DNA of 64,000 nucleotides from Batkoa obscura (Eukaryota): NCBI GenBank assembly GCA_030770535.1, contig JASVEC010000016.1, positions 372,001 to 436,000 of the forward strand, read 5' to 3'. Shown piece by piece: positions 50,727 to 61,754 of this stretch (position 1 is its first letter; each line of letters starts with the position of its first letter). The notes under the pieces were generated by a model. It saw only the letters and a program-made list of their open reading frames with translations, ran no database searches and was not told where the DNA came from. The position numbers and the translations under genes were made by a program.

Positions 50727-51187
50727 ATATGCTTACTTTGGTACTAGCCTAGCACTTTGTTTAAATTCTAAGCTTAAAAAGTAAACAGTGGATAGAAAAA
50801 TTAAATAAAAAGAAACTTCTACATAAAATATCAATACTAGTTAAGTACTTAAAAAGGATAACTACAGGATTATATTGATATGTCGTTGATAAGCATAATG
50901 AAGAAGATAGTTAGATATGAAGAATACGTTTTAATGAAATAGCTCATCCACTATTAATTACTAATACTAATAAAAATCAAATTTCCTAAAAATCCCGTCA
51001 ATCTCAGTTACTTAAAATTTTGCTTCATTTTACATATCAGTTTTGATTAGCTAAAAGACTAAAAAGAGCAATCAAAAATATTTATACGTTATGAAATTAA
51101 AATCAACTATCAACAAAGGCAATCAAATAAATAGGCATAAAATTGAATCAAAGTCTCTCTTAAATATTATCTTTCCAATTATCAAAA

Positions 51188-51403
51188 ATGCAACTCCTTA
51201 TCCCTATCTGTTTACTCTTATCTACTATCACGGCGGTACCTTATGGTCTAGCTATCAACAGCCTTGCCGATTCTATTTTGCAAGGGAATAATGAGGCACA
51301 GAATGCTCGTGTGGTAAAAGCACAAGCTATTGATAACTCACCCGCCCCAAGGGTCTGTAATGGTGGTGATCGTGCCTTCGGATTCTGTACACCCGATAGC
51401 TAA
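51188..51403 (+). CDS. Small secreted protein (71 aa) with a C-terminal Cys pair
   Basis: Signal peptide ending ITA-VP, locally higher GC, aaaATG start context, and CNGGDRAFGFC. Confidence 0.75.
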   Translation: MQLLIPICLLLSTITAVPYGLAINSLADSILQGNNEAQNARVVKAQAIDNSPAPRVCNGGDRAFGFCTPDS

Positions 51404-51848
51404 GAGTCAAAATGATTTCGTATTTTATTTATTCAGCATCTATTATTTATCATAATATAAGTATTCGTTAATTCTTTACTTTATATATTTTTTATTATTT
51501 TTGATTTTTGATTTCATTTGTAACAATATTTACCCTAACTAATTTTCTATTTCAAGACTTAAAAATTAAATAAATTATTAGTTTAAATGATAATTCAAAA
51601 AGACACCTGTATAAAAAAATAAAGCCCTATTGTTTTACAAATAAAATATATAATGTAAATCAATCGTATAACTGTATGTTAGGGAAGTAGTTAGAAATTA
51701 TCGCTGGAAGTCATCTAAGTTTAAACCGAGATTACTACAAAGATTATTAACCTTAGACTAGCGTTTTAATACTTAAAAATAATTTTCTAAGATATAAGCT
51801 CATTGCTACTGATGATTAAAATTCTGTAAGAAATGCTCTGTTATTAAT

Positions 51849-52880
51849 TTAAATACAGGTGTACCGCTCCACATTTTCCCAAACTGGGTACTCTTCTGGC
51901 TTTAACTTAGGAAACATGGCATAAGGTAGAGAAGTACTATCCTCCTTACAACTAAGTTGATTTTCAAAGGTTGACCCCTTAAATAAATTTGGCTCAATGT
52001 TCAGTCCGGATACTTTAACAAATCCAATCCTATTAGCAAACGAAACAATCTCTTCGAAAAGCTTTATTGTATGCTTTGATGTAGAGTTGCGAAGTATCAT
52101 AATTTCCTTATCTTCAATCTTATAGTTCAAAATAATAAACTCGTCTTCATATTTTAAGCCATAGGTGTCAAACTTGGGTAACTTGAAATTTTCAAAAAAT
52201 GCTTCACTCACAATCCAAAATCTTTGATATGTACAAAAGTTTGGCTCGATAACAAATAGACCAGTAGATGGAATCTTAGATAATTCCTTATTACTCAACT
52301 CTTTCTTCAAATTATCACAATCCCACGTACTAAGCTTTTGAATATCTTCCTTTTTCAGATAACTTACTTCTCCATCTTTTTCTTTAGCCTTCCCTTGCAC
52401 ATGAATCTCTAACTTAAAAGGTGCATACAATTTATATCCAAATCTTTCATAGTAACTCCCAACCGTCGAGAACAAGGCTGTTGCTACAAGCCCATTCTCG
52501 TTACTCATCCTATCCATAAGTTTTCTAAACATAGCATCTGCATACCCTTTCCTCCTTTTCGCTTCTGGAGTATATACTGCACTGACCGAGCGCACCTTAA
52601 TTGTATTAAAACCTGAAGTGGGACTCAGATAATAACCTGTACGCGTTATCGTTTCTAAGTGAGATAAAATGTTAACAGACTCTTTCTCGTCTTGATTGAT
52701 CAAAACCCAGGGTTCGATGTGTTGAAGGTTTTGAGGCAGTTGGGTCGTCTTTTTATAGATATCCAGGTAAAAGGCTGGGTCATTTACCTTTACCCAATGA
52801 TAGTGGCGGTCAAGTAACATCTGATTTAATTGTTCGGTGTTCGCTTTCTTTAATATTTGGCTACTATTGGTTAGAAGCAT
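51849..52880 (-). CDS. GNAT-family N-acetyltransferase (LYC1-like)
   Basis: Acetyl-CoA motif A VSAVYTPEAKRRKGYA and motif B LFSTVGSYYERFGY. Confidence 0.85.
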   Translation of the reverse strand: MLLTNSSQILKKANTEQLNQMLLDRHYHWVKVNDPAFYLDIYKKTTQLPQNLQHIEPWVLINQDEKESVNILSHLETITRTGYYLSPTSGFNTIKVRSVSAVYTPEAKRRKGYADAMFRKLMDRMSNENGLVATALFSTVGSYYERFGYKLYAPFKLEIHVQGKAKEKDGEVSYLKKEDIQKLSTWDCDNLKKELSNKELSKIPSTGLFVIEPNFCTYQRFWIVSEAFFENFKLPKFDTYGLKYEDEFIILNYKIEDKEIMILRNSTSKHTIKLFEEIVSFANRIGFVKVSGLNIEPNLFKGSTFENQLSCKEDSTSLPYAMFPKLKPEEYPVWENVERYTCI

Positions 52881-53862
52881 TGCTTGAATGTAGAGCTGGC
52901 TTTTATAGTGATTTTTTGAAAGTTGTTGGTTTTTAGTTAAGGGTTTATATACTTTTTATGATTTCTAAATAGTTCGTGAATATAAATGAAAAAGGACTGG
53001 ATCAACTGATTTAATTCTTGGTTATCTTGTGATAGTGTTCTTAAATAATCAATTGCTGTAGAACGCTATAATCTCTATTTATACCTTCAGAATTTAAATT
53101 TGGAACTTACTATTTGCCTTGAGTAAAATTTTTGCTGTATATATTAATTAAAGCTATTATAACTCTTTTAAGATTTTTTGCATAGGTTTTTGTAGTTGAA
53201 TTATTTTTATAATAGATTACGAAGCTTAGCTTCTATATTATTTGAATTTTAACAGGATTTTGTCTCTTATGTAATCAGTTAGTAGGCCATAAAAGAGTTG
53301 CAACAGTTATAAAAATATTTTTTGCCTACAGAAGCAATAAAACGTAATTTTCAAAATCACTCTATTTAGAAATGTTTCTTTCAAAGATAACTTAATTAGC
53401 TATTGAACTATTGGCTGTCTTAATTAAATAGCTGGTACTGTTATAGTAAAGAAATGAGAATTTGTTGATTCAAAAACAATTGTATGAATAGAGGATATTA
53501 AGAATTCAAGGTTTATAGTAAGTTAAAGGGGTATATGATCCTGTCTATAGCTATAATTAGTCTTTGAAAATTGAAATTTATGATTCAAAGCAAATTGTAA
53601 AGTTGAGGCTTTTTACTATTGTTAATAAAATAAATGACAAAGTGATCGGTTAAAAAAATAAATCAAGGGTTTCATTACAGCCAATGAAATAACTAGATTT
53701 TAAAAATTTGAGGTTAAGTACTAATAAAATTAAGTAGTTGGCAACTCCTTTTTTTTTCAAGTATTTGGCATTAGGAAAAAGGGACTTGAATTTTTTTTTA
53801 AAAATTGGCAATCACTAGTAACATCATTTAATACGAAAACTCACTACTTGAGAAAACAAAAA

Positions 53863-56653
53863 ATGAGCGCAAATAGTTCAGAAGATGATCTGCCTTTGAG
53901 TGCTAGATTACTAAAAAGGCCGGCAGTAGCAAAACAGATAACTAATAGTAAGTATTTTATACTTGTTGAAATAGTTCCTAAATAGCATGCAGGTATAAAC
54001 AATCAACCAATAGATAATGGAAACTCTAGTGATTCGGATATACCATTGTCTAAAAAAATATTAAAAAAGAATGCTCAGGTAAACTAAAATACTATATTAA
54101 AAGAAACTTTACTTAAAAAAGAAGAATGGTGTTAAAAAAGAGAAACCCAATCCAGTTCCAAAACCAAAAGTTAAAAACGAAGCTACTTCTCCAAAGATAA
54201 AGAGAGAACCGACCACTCAAAAAATTAAAGTCGAAGCGGATACTCCAAAGAGGAAACCCATCAATGGTGTAGAGTCTGGGAATAATAAAAGAGCAAAAGA
54301 TGTTAAACCTATCAAAGGAGAAGTTAAAGATGAAGATGAAGATGAAGATGAAGAATATCAGTGGTGGCTCCAAGAAGGTGATGGTGATAAGTCAGTGAAA
54401 TGGAATACCCTTGAACATAATGGGGTATATTTTCCACCACCTTATGAGCCACATAATGTTAAAATGTTATATGACGGTATAATAATTAATAGTAAAAAAT
54501 CAATAAAATTTATGTTATTTAGGGAAACCAATTACCTTGCCGCCGGAAGCTGAAGAAGTAGCTAGTTTCTTTGCTGCTTTGATAGAGTCGGACTATGCAA
54601 GAAATCCAGTATTTGTTAGGAATTTTTTCAAAGATTTCAAAGATGTTTTAAAAGAGTGCAAAGCAGTAAGAATTTAATTTAATTTTCCTTTGCTTTATTT
54701 ATTTGTTTTAAAAAGGATACGGATATTAAAGAATTTAAAAAATGTGACTTTACACCAATTTTTAACTATTTACAAGCCCTTAAAGAGCAAAAGAAATCTA
54801 AAACTAAGGAAGAAAAACTTGTACTTTTTTCTTTATCTGATTTTTCACATATACTTACTTTTTTAAAAGCAAGATAAAAAGGATAAAGAGGTTATTGATG
54901 AACATTATGGCTATGCCATCCTTAATGGACGTAAAGAAAAGTTGGGTAACTTTCGTATTGAACCTCCAGGCTTATTTAGAGGCCGTGGAGATCATCCTAA
55001 AACTGGATGCTTGAAGGTGATCTAGCTTTTTATATAACTATTATTATATATCTAACTTATATTAATAGAGAAGAGTATCACCAGAACAAATTACTATCAA
55101 TATTGGCAAGGAGGCCAAAGTGCCTACCCCACCACCAGGCCATAAATGGGGTAAAGTAATACATGATAACACTGTTGCTTGGTTAGCTACTTGGAAAGAA
55201 AATATCAATGGGTTATTTAAATATGTCCTTTTTGGTGCTACTAGTTCCTTAAAGGGACAGAGTGATATGAAGAAGTTTGAAAAGGCTAGGGAGTTGAAGG
55301 GATGTATCGATGATATCCGTAGTACTTATATGGAGGAGCTTAAAGATAAAGTAGCTTCTACACGTCAAAGAGCTACTGCGTTGTACCTTATCGACCGCCT
55401 TGCACTCAGAGCTGGTAATGAAAAAGGAGAGGATGAAGCTGATACCGTTGGTTGTTGTTCCCTTAGATATGAGCATGTCACATTGGTACCTCCAAATACT
55501 TTAAAGTTCGATTTTTTGGGTAAGGATAGTATCAGATATCAAAATGAAGTCCAAGTTATTGAGCAGGTTTACAAGAATATCGCTATCTTTAAAAAATCAC
55601 CAAAGAAAGAAGGAGATATGATCTTTGACCGTTTAAATGTAAGTTTGTTTTAATTTTTGTGTGTCGAATTTTAATGTTATTAGACTGGTACACTTAATCG
55701 CCATCTTGCTAGTTTACTTCCAGGTCTCTCTGCTAAAGTTTTCCGTACTTATAATGCCTCATTTACTTTCCAAAATCAGCTCAAAAGCACCCCAGAAGAT
55801 GGCACTATTCATGAAAAATTACTTGCTTATAACCGTGCTAATCGTCAAGTTGCCATTCTCTGTAACCATCAACGTTCAGTAAGTAAAGGTTTTGAAACTC
55901 AGATGGAGCGTATCGATGACAAGGTAAGGTTTTATGGTGGTATTTTAATAAATAGTAAGTTAACTGAACACTAGCTTAAAACTATGCAATTCCAAAGACA
56001 TCGCCTCAAGCTAGAAATCTTAAGCCTTGATCCAAAGGCGGGTAAAAGGTACCCTGAACTTCTTGTTAAGGATGAAAATCATGATGAGTTTTGGTGTACT
56101 GAACATGTCGATCTGCTTATGGAAAAGGAAAGGGAAAAAGCAAGGTTAAAGTTTGAAAAGACAAATGTTGTCCTAAAAGAGAAAGGAGAAAAAGTGCAAG
56201 GAGAAAGTGTCTTGAAAGAAAAGTTAGATGAGCTTGATGCTGAACACAAAATCTTGCTGAAGGAGGTTAAGAACAACAAAGTTAGCGATTCCAAAAAGGT
56301 CAATACGGTAGAAAAGTTGATGGATAAGCTTGATAAACTTAACGCCCGTATCAGTGCAGCTAATACTTCAAAGATTGATAAGGTAAATTTATCGTGTCTA
56401 CTCCAGCATGATATTTAATCTATTTAGGATGAAAATAAAACTACGGCCCTTGGAACATCTAAGATCAATTATATTGATCCTAGAATTTCAGTCGCTTGGT
56501 GTGCCAAGTATAAAGTACCTTTAGATAAAATTTTCAATCGTACTTTACGTGATAAGTTTAAGTGGGCAACCATTGTAGATGAGAATTATGTAAGATTTGT
56601 TTTTTGTTTTTTGTTTCTTTTATCGAAAACTAATTACGATTTAGGAATTTTAA
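53863..56653 (+). CDS. TOP1: DNA topoisomerase IB, 11 exons
   Basis: [59 protein letters not shown] and the catalytic [10 protein letters not shown]. Ten GT-AG introns of about 43-55 bp. Confidence 0.97.
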
Positions 56654-56943
56654 AAATCAAACTGTTTTTATGTCTAGGTGTTAAAAAAATCCATATCGAG
56701 TATTAGATCCTTTTTAGCATCCAACACTTTAACTTCTTATTGAGTGTATTTTACTTTTTTGAATAAAACCAATTAGATATAATTGTTTGGTCTTTATAGT
56801 TTGATAGGTGATGTAAAATTTATTAGTATAGAATTTTAAGATAAATTAAATTCGACTTTGTATTGTGAAATTATAAATAACATTTTAACTTGACAACTAT
56901 TTGAAAATAACGATTTTCTTTATGAATAGAAAAAGCATCATAT

Positions 56944-57035
56944 GGGGATGTGTTTTTTTATTTAAGAATTTTACCAATAATCTTTCCACTTAAAAAGTGC
57001 TTAAAAAATGGAAAAGTAATGAAAAAAACACCTCC
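56944..57035 (+). mobile_element. MITE copy
   Basis: Flanks ATAT/GTAT. Confidence 0.8.
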
Positions 57036-57209
57036 GTATACAGTTGATACATAAATTGAAGCTATTATAATGATTGTTTTAAATAACATAAGTCCTATTA
57101 AAATAAATACTTAATGACAAAATAACTTAAATTCAAATATACGATTTTTATGCAAGCGAAAAATATTTTTATTTCAGCAATAATAAAACAACATGGCCCC
57201 TTTAACATC

Positions 57210-57632
57210 TTATTCGGTTTTGATAGCAGCTTGGTTCTCATTACGTAAAGTACCAACAGCAATATTGTGAGAAGGAGATGCGACTTTTCCAGTAAGAGGG
57301 GTGTAATATTCTGGATTAAAACCACCATAAGGAAGGTAGTAGACGTTAGGAAGATAGCCACCATAAGTATTGATTGGGATAAAGGCTCTGCGTTCAACTT
57401 GTTGAATTACTTGTTTCTCTGGGAGGATGGTTTCAACGGTTCTGTAAAGGCCATGGTGTTTATGATGATGATGACCAAAAACCTCATTATGTTTTTGGTA
57501 TTGGAATTGGCCGAGATTGATGTAGGAATCTGGGGAAGCGAGCTCAGATTGTTGGTCACCAGCAAAATCTTTGATGAGTTTAGAGCTGGTAAGGCTAGCG
57601 AGGAATAAAGCACTGATGTAGTTGAATTTCAT
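57210..57632 (-). CDS. Small secreted orphan protein (ASP-motif family, copy 1)
   Basis: Signal peptide; clear paralogy to 58693-59091. Confidence 0.85.
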   Translation of the reverse strand: MKFNYISALFLASLTSSKLIKDFAGDQQSELASPDSYINLGQFQYQKHNEVFGHHHHKHHGLYRTVETILPEKQVIQQVERRAFIPINTYGGYLPNVYYLPYGGFNPEYYTPLTGKVASPSHNIAVGTLRNENQAAIKTE

Positions 57633-58692
57633 TTTAGTGTAAGAATAATGATAAGTTTTTCATTCCTTTTATACTAGTCCTTGGAGGAGTTTTATCAGCT
57701 TGGCCCTGTGTTAATTAGTTTAAGCAATTTTATATTAATATAATTATTGCTTTTTAGTTGGGTTTAAGCTAATTGAATAATATCGGTATGTGATATAGCT
57801 TTAATTATGACTTATTATGGTCATTGTGTTATCAAATCATTTTGTAATTAACTATTATACCTTGTATGATAATATTTTATAGTTTAAATTATTTTAATTG
57901 AATATTTCTAATCAGTATAAATTACTTTAATTTTATGAATGAAACGATGTTTAAACTATTATACTTGGCTATTTGAATACATCACTATTTAAAGTTTAGT
58001 GAATTTTACAAAACTTAGTACCTTAGTTTAGAATAATCCTAAATTTAATAATAACACAAAACAATATAATTAAATAAATTAGTGTTTATTAAACTTTGAG
58101 CTTAGAGTTATTCTTATACTAAAATAACTTTATAAACCATATGAAAATGCCTGTAACCTACGAAATAAAACAGTTAATGATATAGCTCATCTAATTTGAA
58201 TATTTATATATTTGTAATGACAAACTTTAATCAACAAACACTTACATTAACTTTATTAAAAAATATATTAAAGGATATACATATCATCTAAAGTTGATTC
58301 TTATAGTCATTGAAAACTTATTTTAAAAAGACTAGTATAAAATACAATATCTAATTGATTACAATTAAATATTAACTGAAAAACTTGAATAAATGAATAT
58401 ACTTATTTCAAAGCTCATGTTTATATTTATATATCTTTATATTAGGATTATTTTCCACCTAACATCAGACATAATCTTATTTGCTTAAATACAAATAAAG
58501 GAATTTTTAAAAATTATTCGAAAATTATTCAAAAATTATAAAGTTTATAAGATTTTAATGATCTTTTAATTATAGCTATAATTAAATACACTTATATTAA
58601 CAATTTAACAAAAATATCAAACAAGTCAATTTGCTTAAAATATAAGTACGCAATGCAAGTAATTTTATTTCAAGTTAACAATAGCTATTGGC

Positions 58693-59091
58693 TTATTCCT
58701 TAGAAATAGCACCTTGATTGTTATTGAATAAAGAGCCAACGGAAATAGTATGGGAAGGAGAAGCAACAGTACCAGCAATTGGGGAGTAAAGTTTGGTATG
58801 ATGACCCTTGTAACCTGGTAATACGTTGTAACCACCAAAACGTTCAAAGCCACCGTGATAGACGGGTACTACGTTAAAGGTATTGAAACGGGTAAGTGGA
58901 ACTTGAGGTAAGTAGTAAAGAGCTCCAGATGGGAAACCACGAACTTCATTGTGTTTTTGGATTTGGAGTTGCCCAAGATTGATTTTAGAATCTGGGGAAG
59001 CAATCTCAGATTGTTGCTCACCTGAAAAACCGGTGATAGCGTGGGAGCTATAAAGACTGATGAATGATACGGCAGGGATAAAGAACTTCAT
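58693..59091 (-). CDS. Small secreted orphan protein (ASP-motif family, copy 2)
   Basis: Signal peptide; shares FxGxQQSExASPDSxINLGQxQxQKHNEV and VASPSHxIxVGxLxNxNQxAIxxE with copy 1. Confidence 0.85.
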   Translation of the reverse strand: MKFFIPAVSFISLYSSHAITGFSGEQQSEIASPDSKINLGQLQIQKHNEVRGFPSGALYYLPQVPLTRFNTFNVVPVYHGGFERFGGYNVLPGYKGHHTKLYSPIAGTVASPSHTISVGSLFNNNQGAISKE

Positions 59092-60887
59092 TTTGATAAG
59101 TTGAGAATGGTGAGGAAGTAGCTACTTTTATACCTTCTTCTACAAGGTCAACATACTGTTTATTTGATTGCTTGATTAAATTTTTTTAACTTTATTGTTA
59201 TAATACTCAATTGATTTCTATTTGTTTGGTCTGGTGTTTATTGTTTGTAGCTAAACAATGAGGATAACAAATATCTTATATCAATTAATTATTAATGTAA
59301 TTTAAAGTATTAACTTAACTTAATAAAACTGTATTAATACACAAAACTGTTTTGACATAAGAAATAAATAAAAAAATTAATAAAGTTAAATTTAACAAAT
59401 AATTTATTGTTTTAAATAAGTTAGCGTATTAATAATAATAGTATGGCAGGGATATCTATAATGAAATGATTAGATTTCTATTGAATTAATATGTAATTAT
59501 AATAAAAAAATCAGTGTGTGAATACAAAACTTCATGAGAAAGTTATTTTTATAACTCAGAATTAGCATGATAAAAGCATCATTTTAAATAAAGTATAAAA
59601 AATTAAAATACTTACCGATTAGAAGAATACCACTTTAAATGAAGGGTTTCAATTAATTAGTTTTAGAGCCTAATAAAATTAGATTAGAATGATTGTTATT
59701 AGAATATCAATTAAACTATATAGTTTATCAGAAACTGCGGCTAAGCAGGGCTTTTTGTCAACAAAAGTTCTTCGTTAATTTCAGCCTGGGGCGACAAAGC
59801 GTTCATCATGATAGTATGATTTTAAATAATGATGAGACTTACCTTATGAGACTTAATTCCTTAGGCAACTATCATTATTATAATAAATAAGATCTAAACT
59901 GAACAAACGATTAATTACTGTTTTTATCGTAAAATAGTTAAAATGATTCAATAATAATATCAGAAACTTTTTCACAGCATTATAAGTTACCACTCAGACA
60001 GGGATAACTGTTATTGAATAAATATTTCATCATTATATAAATCATTAATTGATATTGAAAGCTTACCTAGTAACTGATCAAAGTTAACTTTATCGAGATA
60101 AAAGATGTTAAGTTTAGTTTCCAAATTATTTATACTTTTTCAATCCATGTGAAAAAATTTTCGTTGGATTTGAACAACTTATGCAATTTTTAAAAAATGA
60201 AAAGTTTTAAACCAATTAAATGAAGTCAAAAAAGCTGCATATTTTTTAAGATGCAAAATAGTAAATAAAATACTCAAAAATTTCGAGTCAAAAATATACC
60301 TGCTAACTGAGGGAAGAATGTAAACAAATTGTTGATGAGCTAGGTCATGATAGTATTGATCAAAATAATAGCTATTCCTCGCTTGAGTAAAGAACAAGAA
60401 TATTTAAAACCTAACTTTATTTCACTAAGTGATGTGATTAGTGTTATTACATAAAATACCATGAAATCAAGATACTTAACGACCTGAAGACGTTTTTGTT
60501 CAATTTTAAAGAAAAGATAATAGCATATATCCTTTCAAATGAGGATGGTTTAATCACACCTCAAGAAAAGCGTATAACATAATTAAAACACCTATTAAAA
60601 AATGACGATTTATGTATTAAAAGTGGTCATTTTAAAGACATAGTAAGAGTTTATATATATTATCTATAAGGAGTATGATTAGATGGTATTTTGAAGTTTT
60701 AAGTCCATCATGTTTGTGTAACATCTCATTTACAAAATATTGTAATAGACTCATGTAAAACATTTTCATTATTAAAACACCTATTATATTTAATTTAAAT
60801 AATCAATCATCAAGTGTGCCAAAGAAGTGTGAGATAACCTCATGCTGTTTGTCTTAGTGTATGGTAAGGATACAGAAATCATATTAT

Positions 60888-60985
60888 GGGGATGTATTTT
60901 TGTGTTTAAGAATTTTACTAACAAACTTTCCACTCAAATAACACTTAAAAATGGAAAAGATAATGAAGTCAAAAAAAACACTCTC
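60888..60985 (+). mobile_element. MITE copy
   Basis: Flanks TTAT/TTAT. Confidence 0.85.
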
Positions 60986-60994
60986 TTATCCTAT

Positions 60995-61093
60995 GGGGAC
61001 GTTTTTTTCAGCCTCATCACTTTTTCCATCATTTAAGTGTTATTTGAGTGGAAAAATCGTTAGTAAAATTTTTACATATGAAAATACATCTAC
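60995..61093 (-). mobile_element. MITE copy
   Basis: Flanks CTAT/CTAT. Confidence 0.85.
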
Positions 61094-61301
61094 CTATGTT
61101 CAATATCAAAAAAGTTTAAAGATTCAATTGTTTATAATGTATCATTTGTTTTTATATTTTATATATTTTGTATTTTATATTTTATTTAGTATAAATTTCG
61201 AGTATTGCTATTGCTAATGATACAATGCAAAATATTTTGTGATTGATATTATTAAATGAGTGCCTATTAAACATTTTATAAATGTATTTTTCTGATTATG
61301 T

Positions 61302-61398
61302 GGAGATGTTTTTTTAGTTTCATTACTTTTTCCATCTTTAAGCCCTGTTTGAGCAAAAAGGTTGCTAATAAAATTCTTAAACAAAGAAATACATTCCC
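61302..61398 (-). mobile_element. MITE copy
   Basis: Flanks ATGT/ATAT. Confidence 0.78.
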
Positions 61399-61656
61399 AT
61401 ATTTTGAAAGCTCTTTATATGTGTTATTTGTAGTACTAACAAGTTTAAGTCATAGTAGAAAAGTTCTGATATCAGCTATTCAACTACAGTAATTTTTTAG
61501 GTATTGCATTTAAAAGATACTATACAGTGTTGATCGTCTTCAAAGTCTAAAATTTTTTTATCAAAGGTTTAAATAAAATAAATACTAAATTATTGGCAGA
61601 CAATTACCTTTATTTATTGTTTGAAATGTCACTTTAATCTAAATTTTGTATAATAT

Positions 61657-61754
61657 GGGGCTGTTTTTTTTAGTTTCATTATTTTTTCATTTTTTAAGCA
61701 CTATTTAAGCGGAAATTTTGTTAGTAAGATTCTTAAATACAAAAATACATCCCC
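61657..61754 (-). mobile_element. MITE copy
   Basis: Flanks ATAT/ATAT. Confidence 0.85.

Noticed and set aside
59780..59805. cagcctggggcgacaaagcg resembling the 3' end of 7SL/Alu
   Set aside because: The match is only about 20 nt, with no SRP helix motifs or pol III terminator context.
11456..61492. Short ORFs at 11456, 22660, 30655, 31937, 32075, 36666, 40402, 49731, 60842, 60951 and 61298 that resemble each other (e.g. FTNNFSTQIVLK, YLSGKxxSKIL)
   Set aside because: The similarity comes from translating MITE copies; they are not a protein family.
1098..61754. Dispersed GGGGATG repeats as CRISPR, REP or tRNA-derived SINE
   Set aside because: Spacing is irregular, both orientations occur, TIRs and TSDs are present, there are no A/B boxes or poly(A) tail, and the context is eukaryotic.
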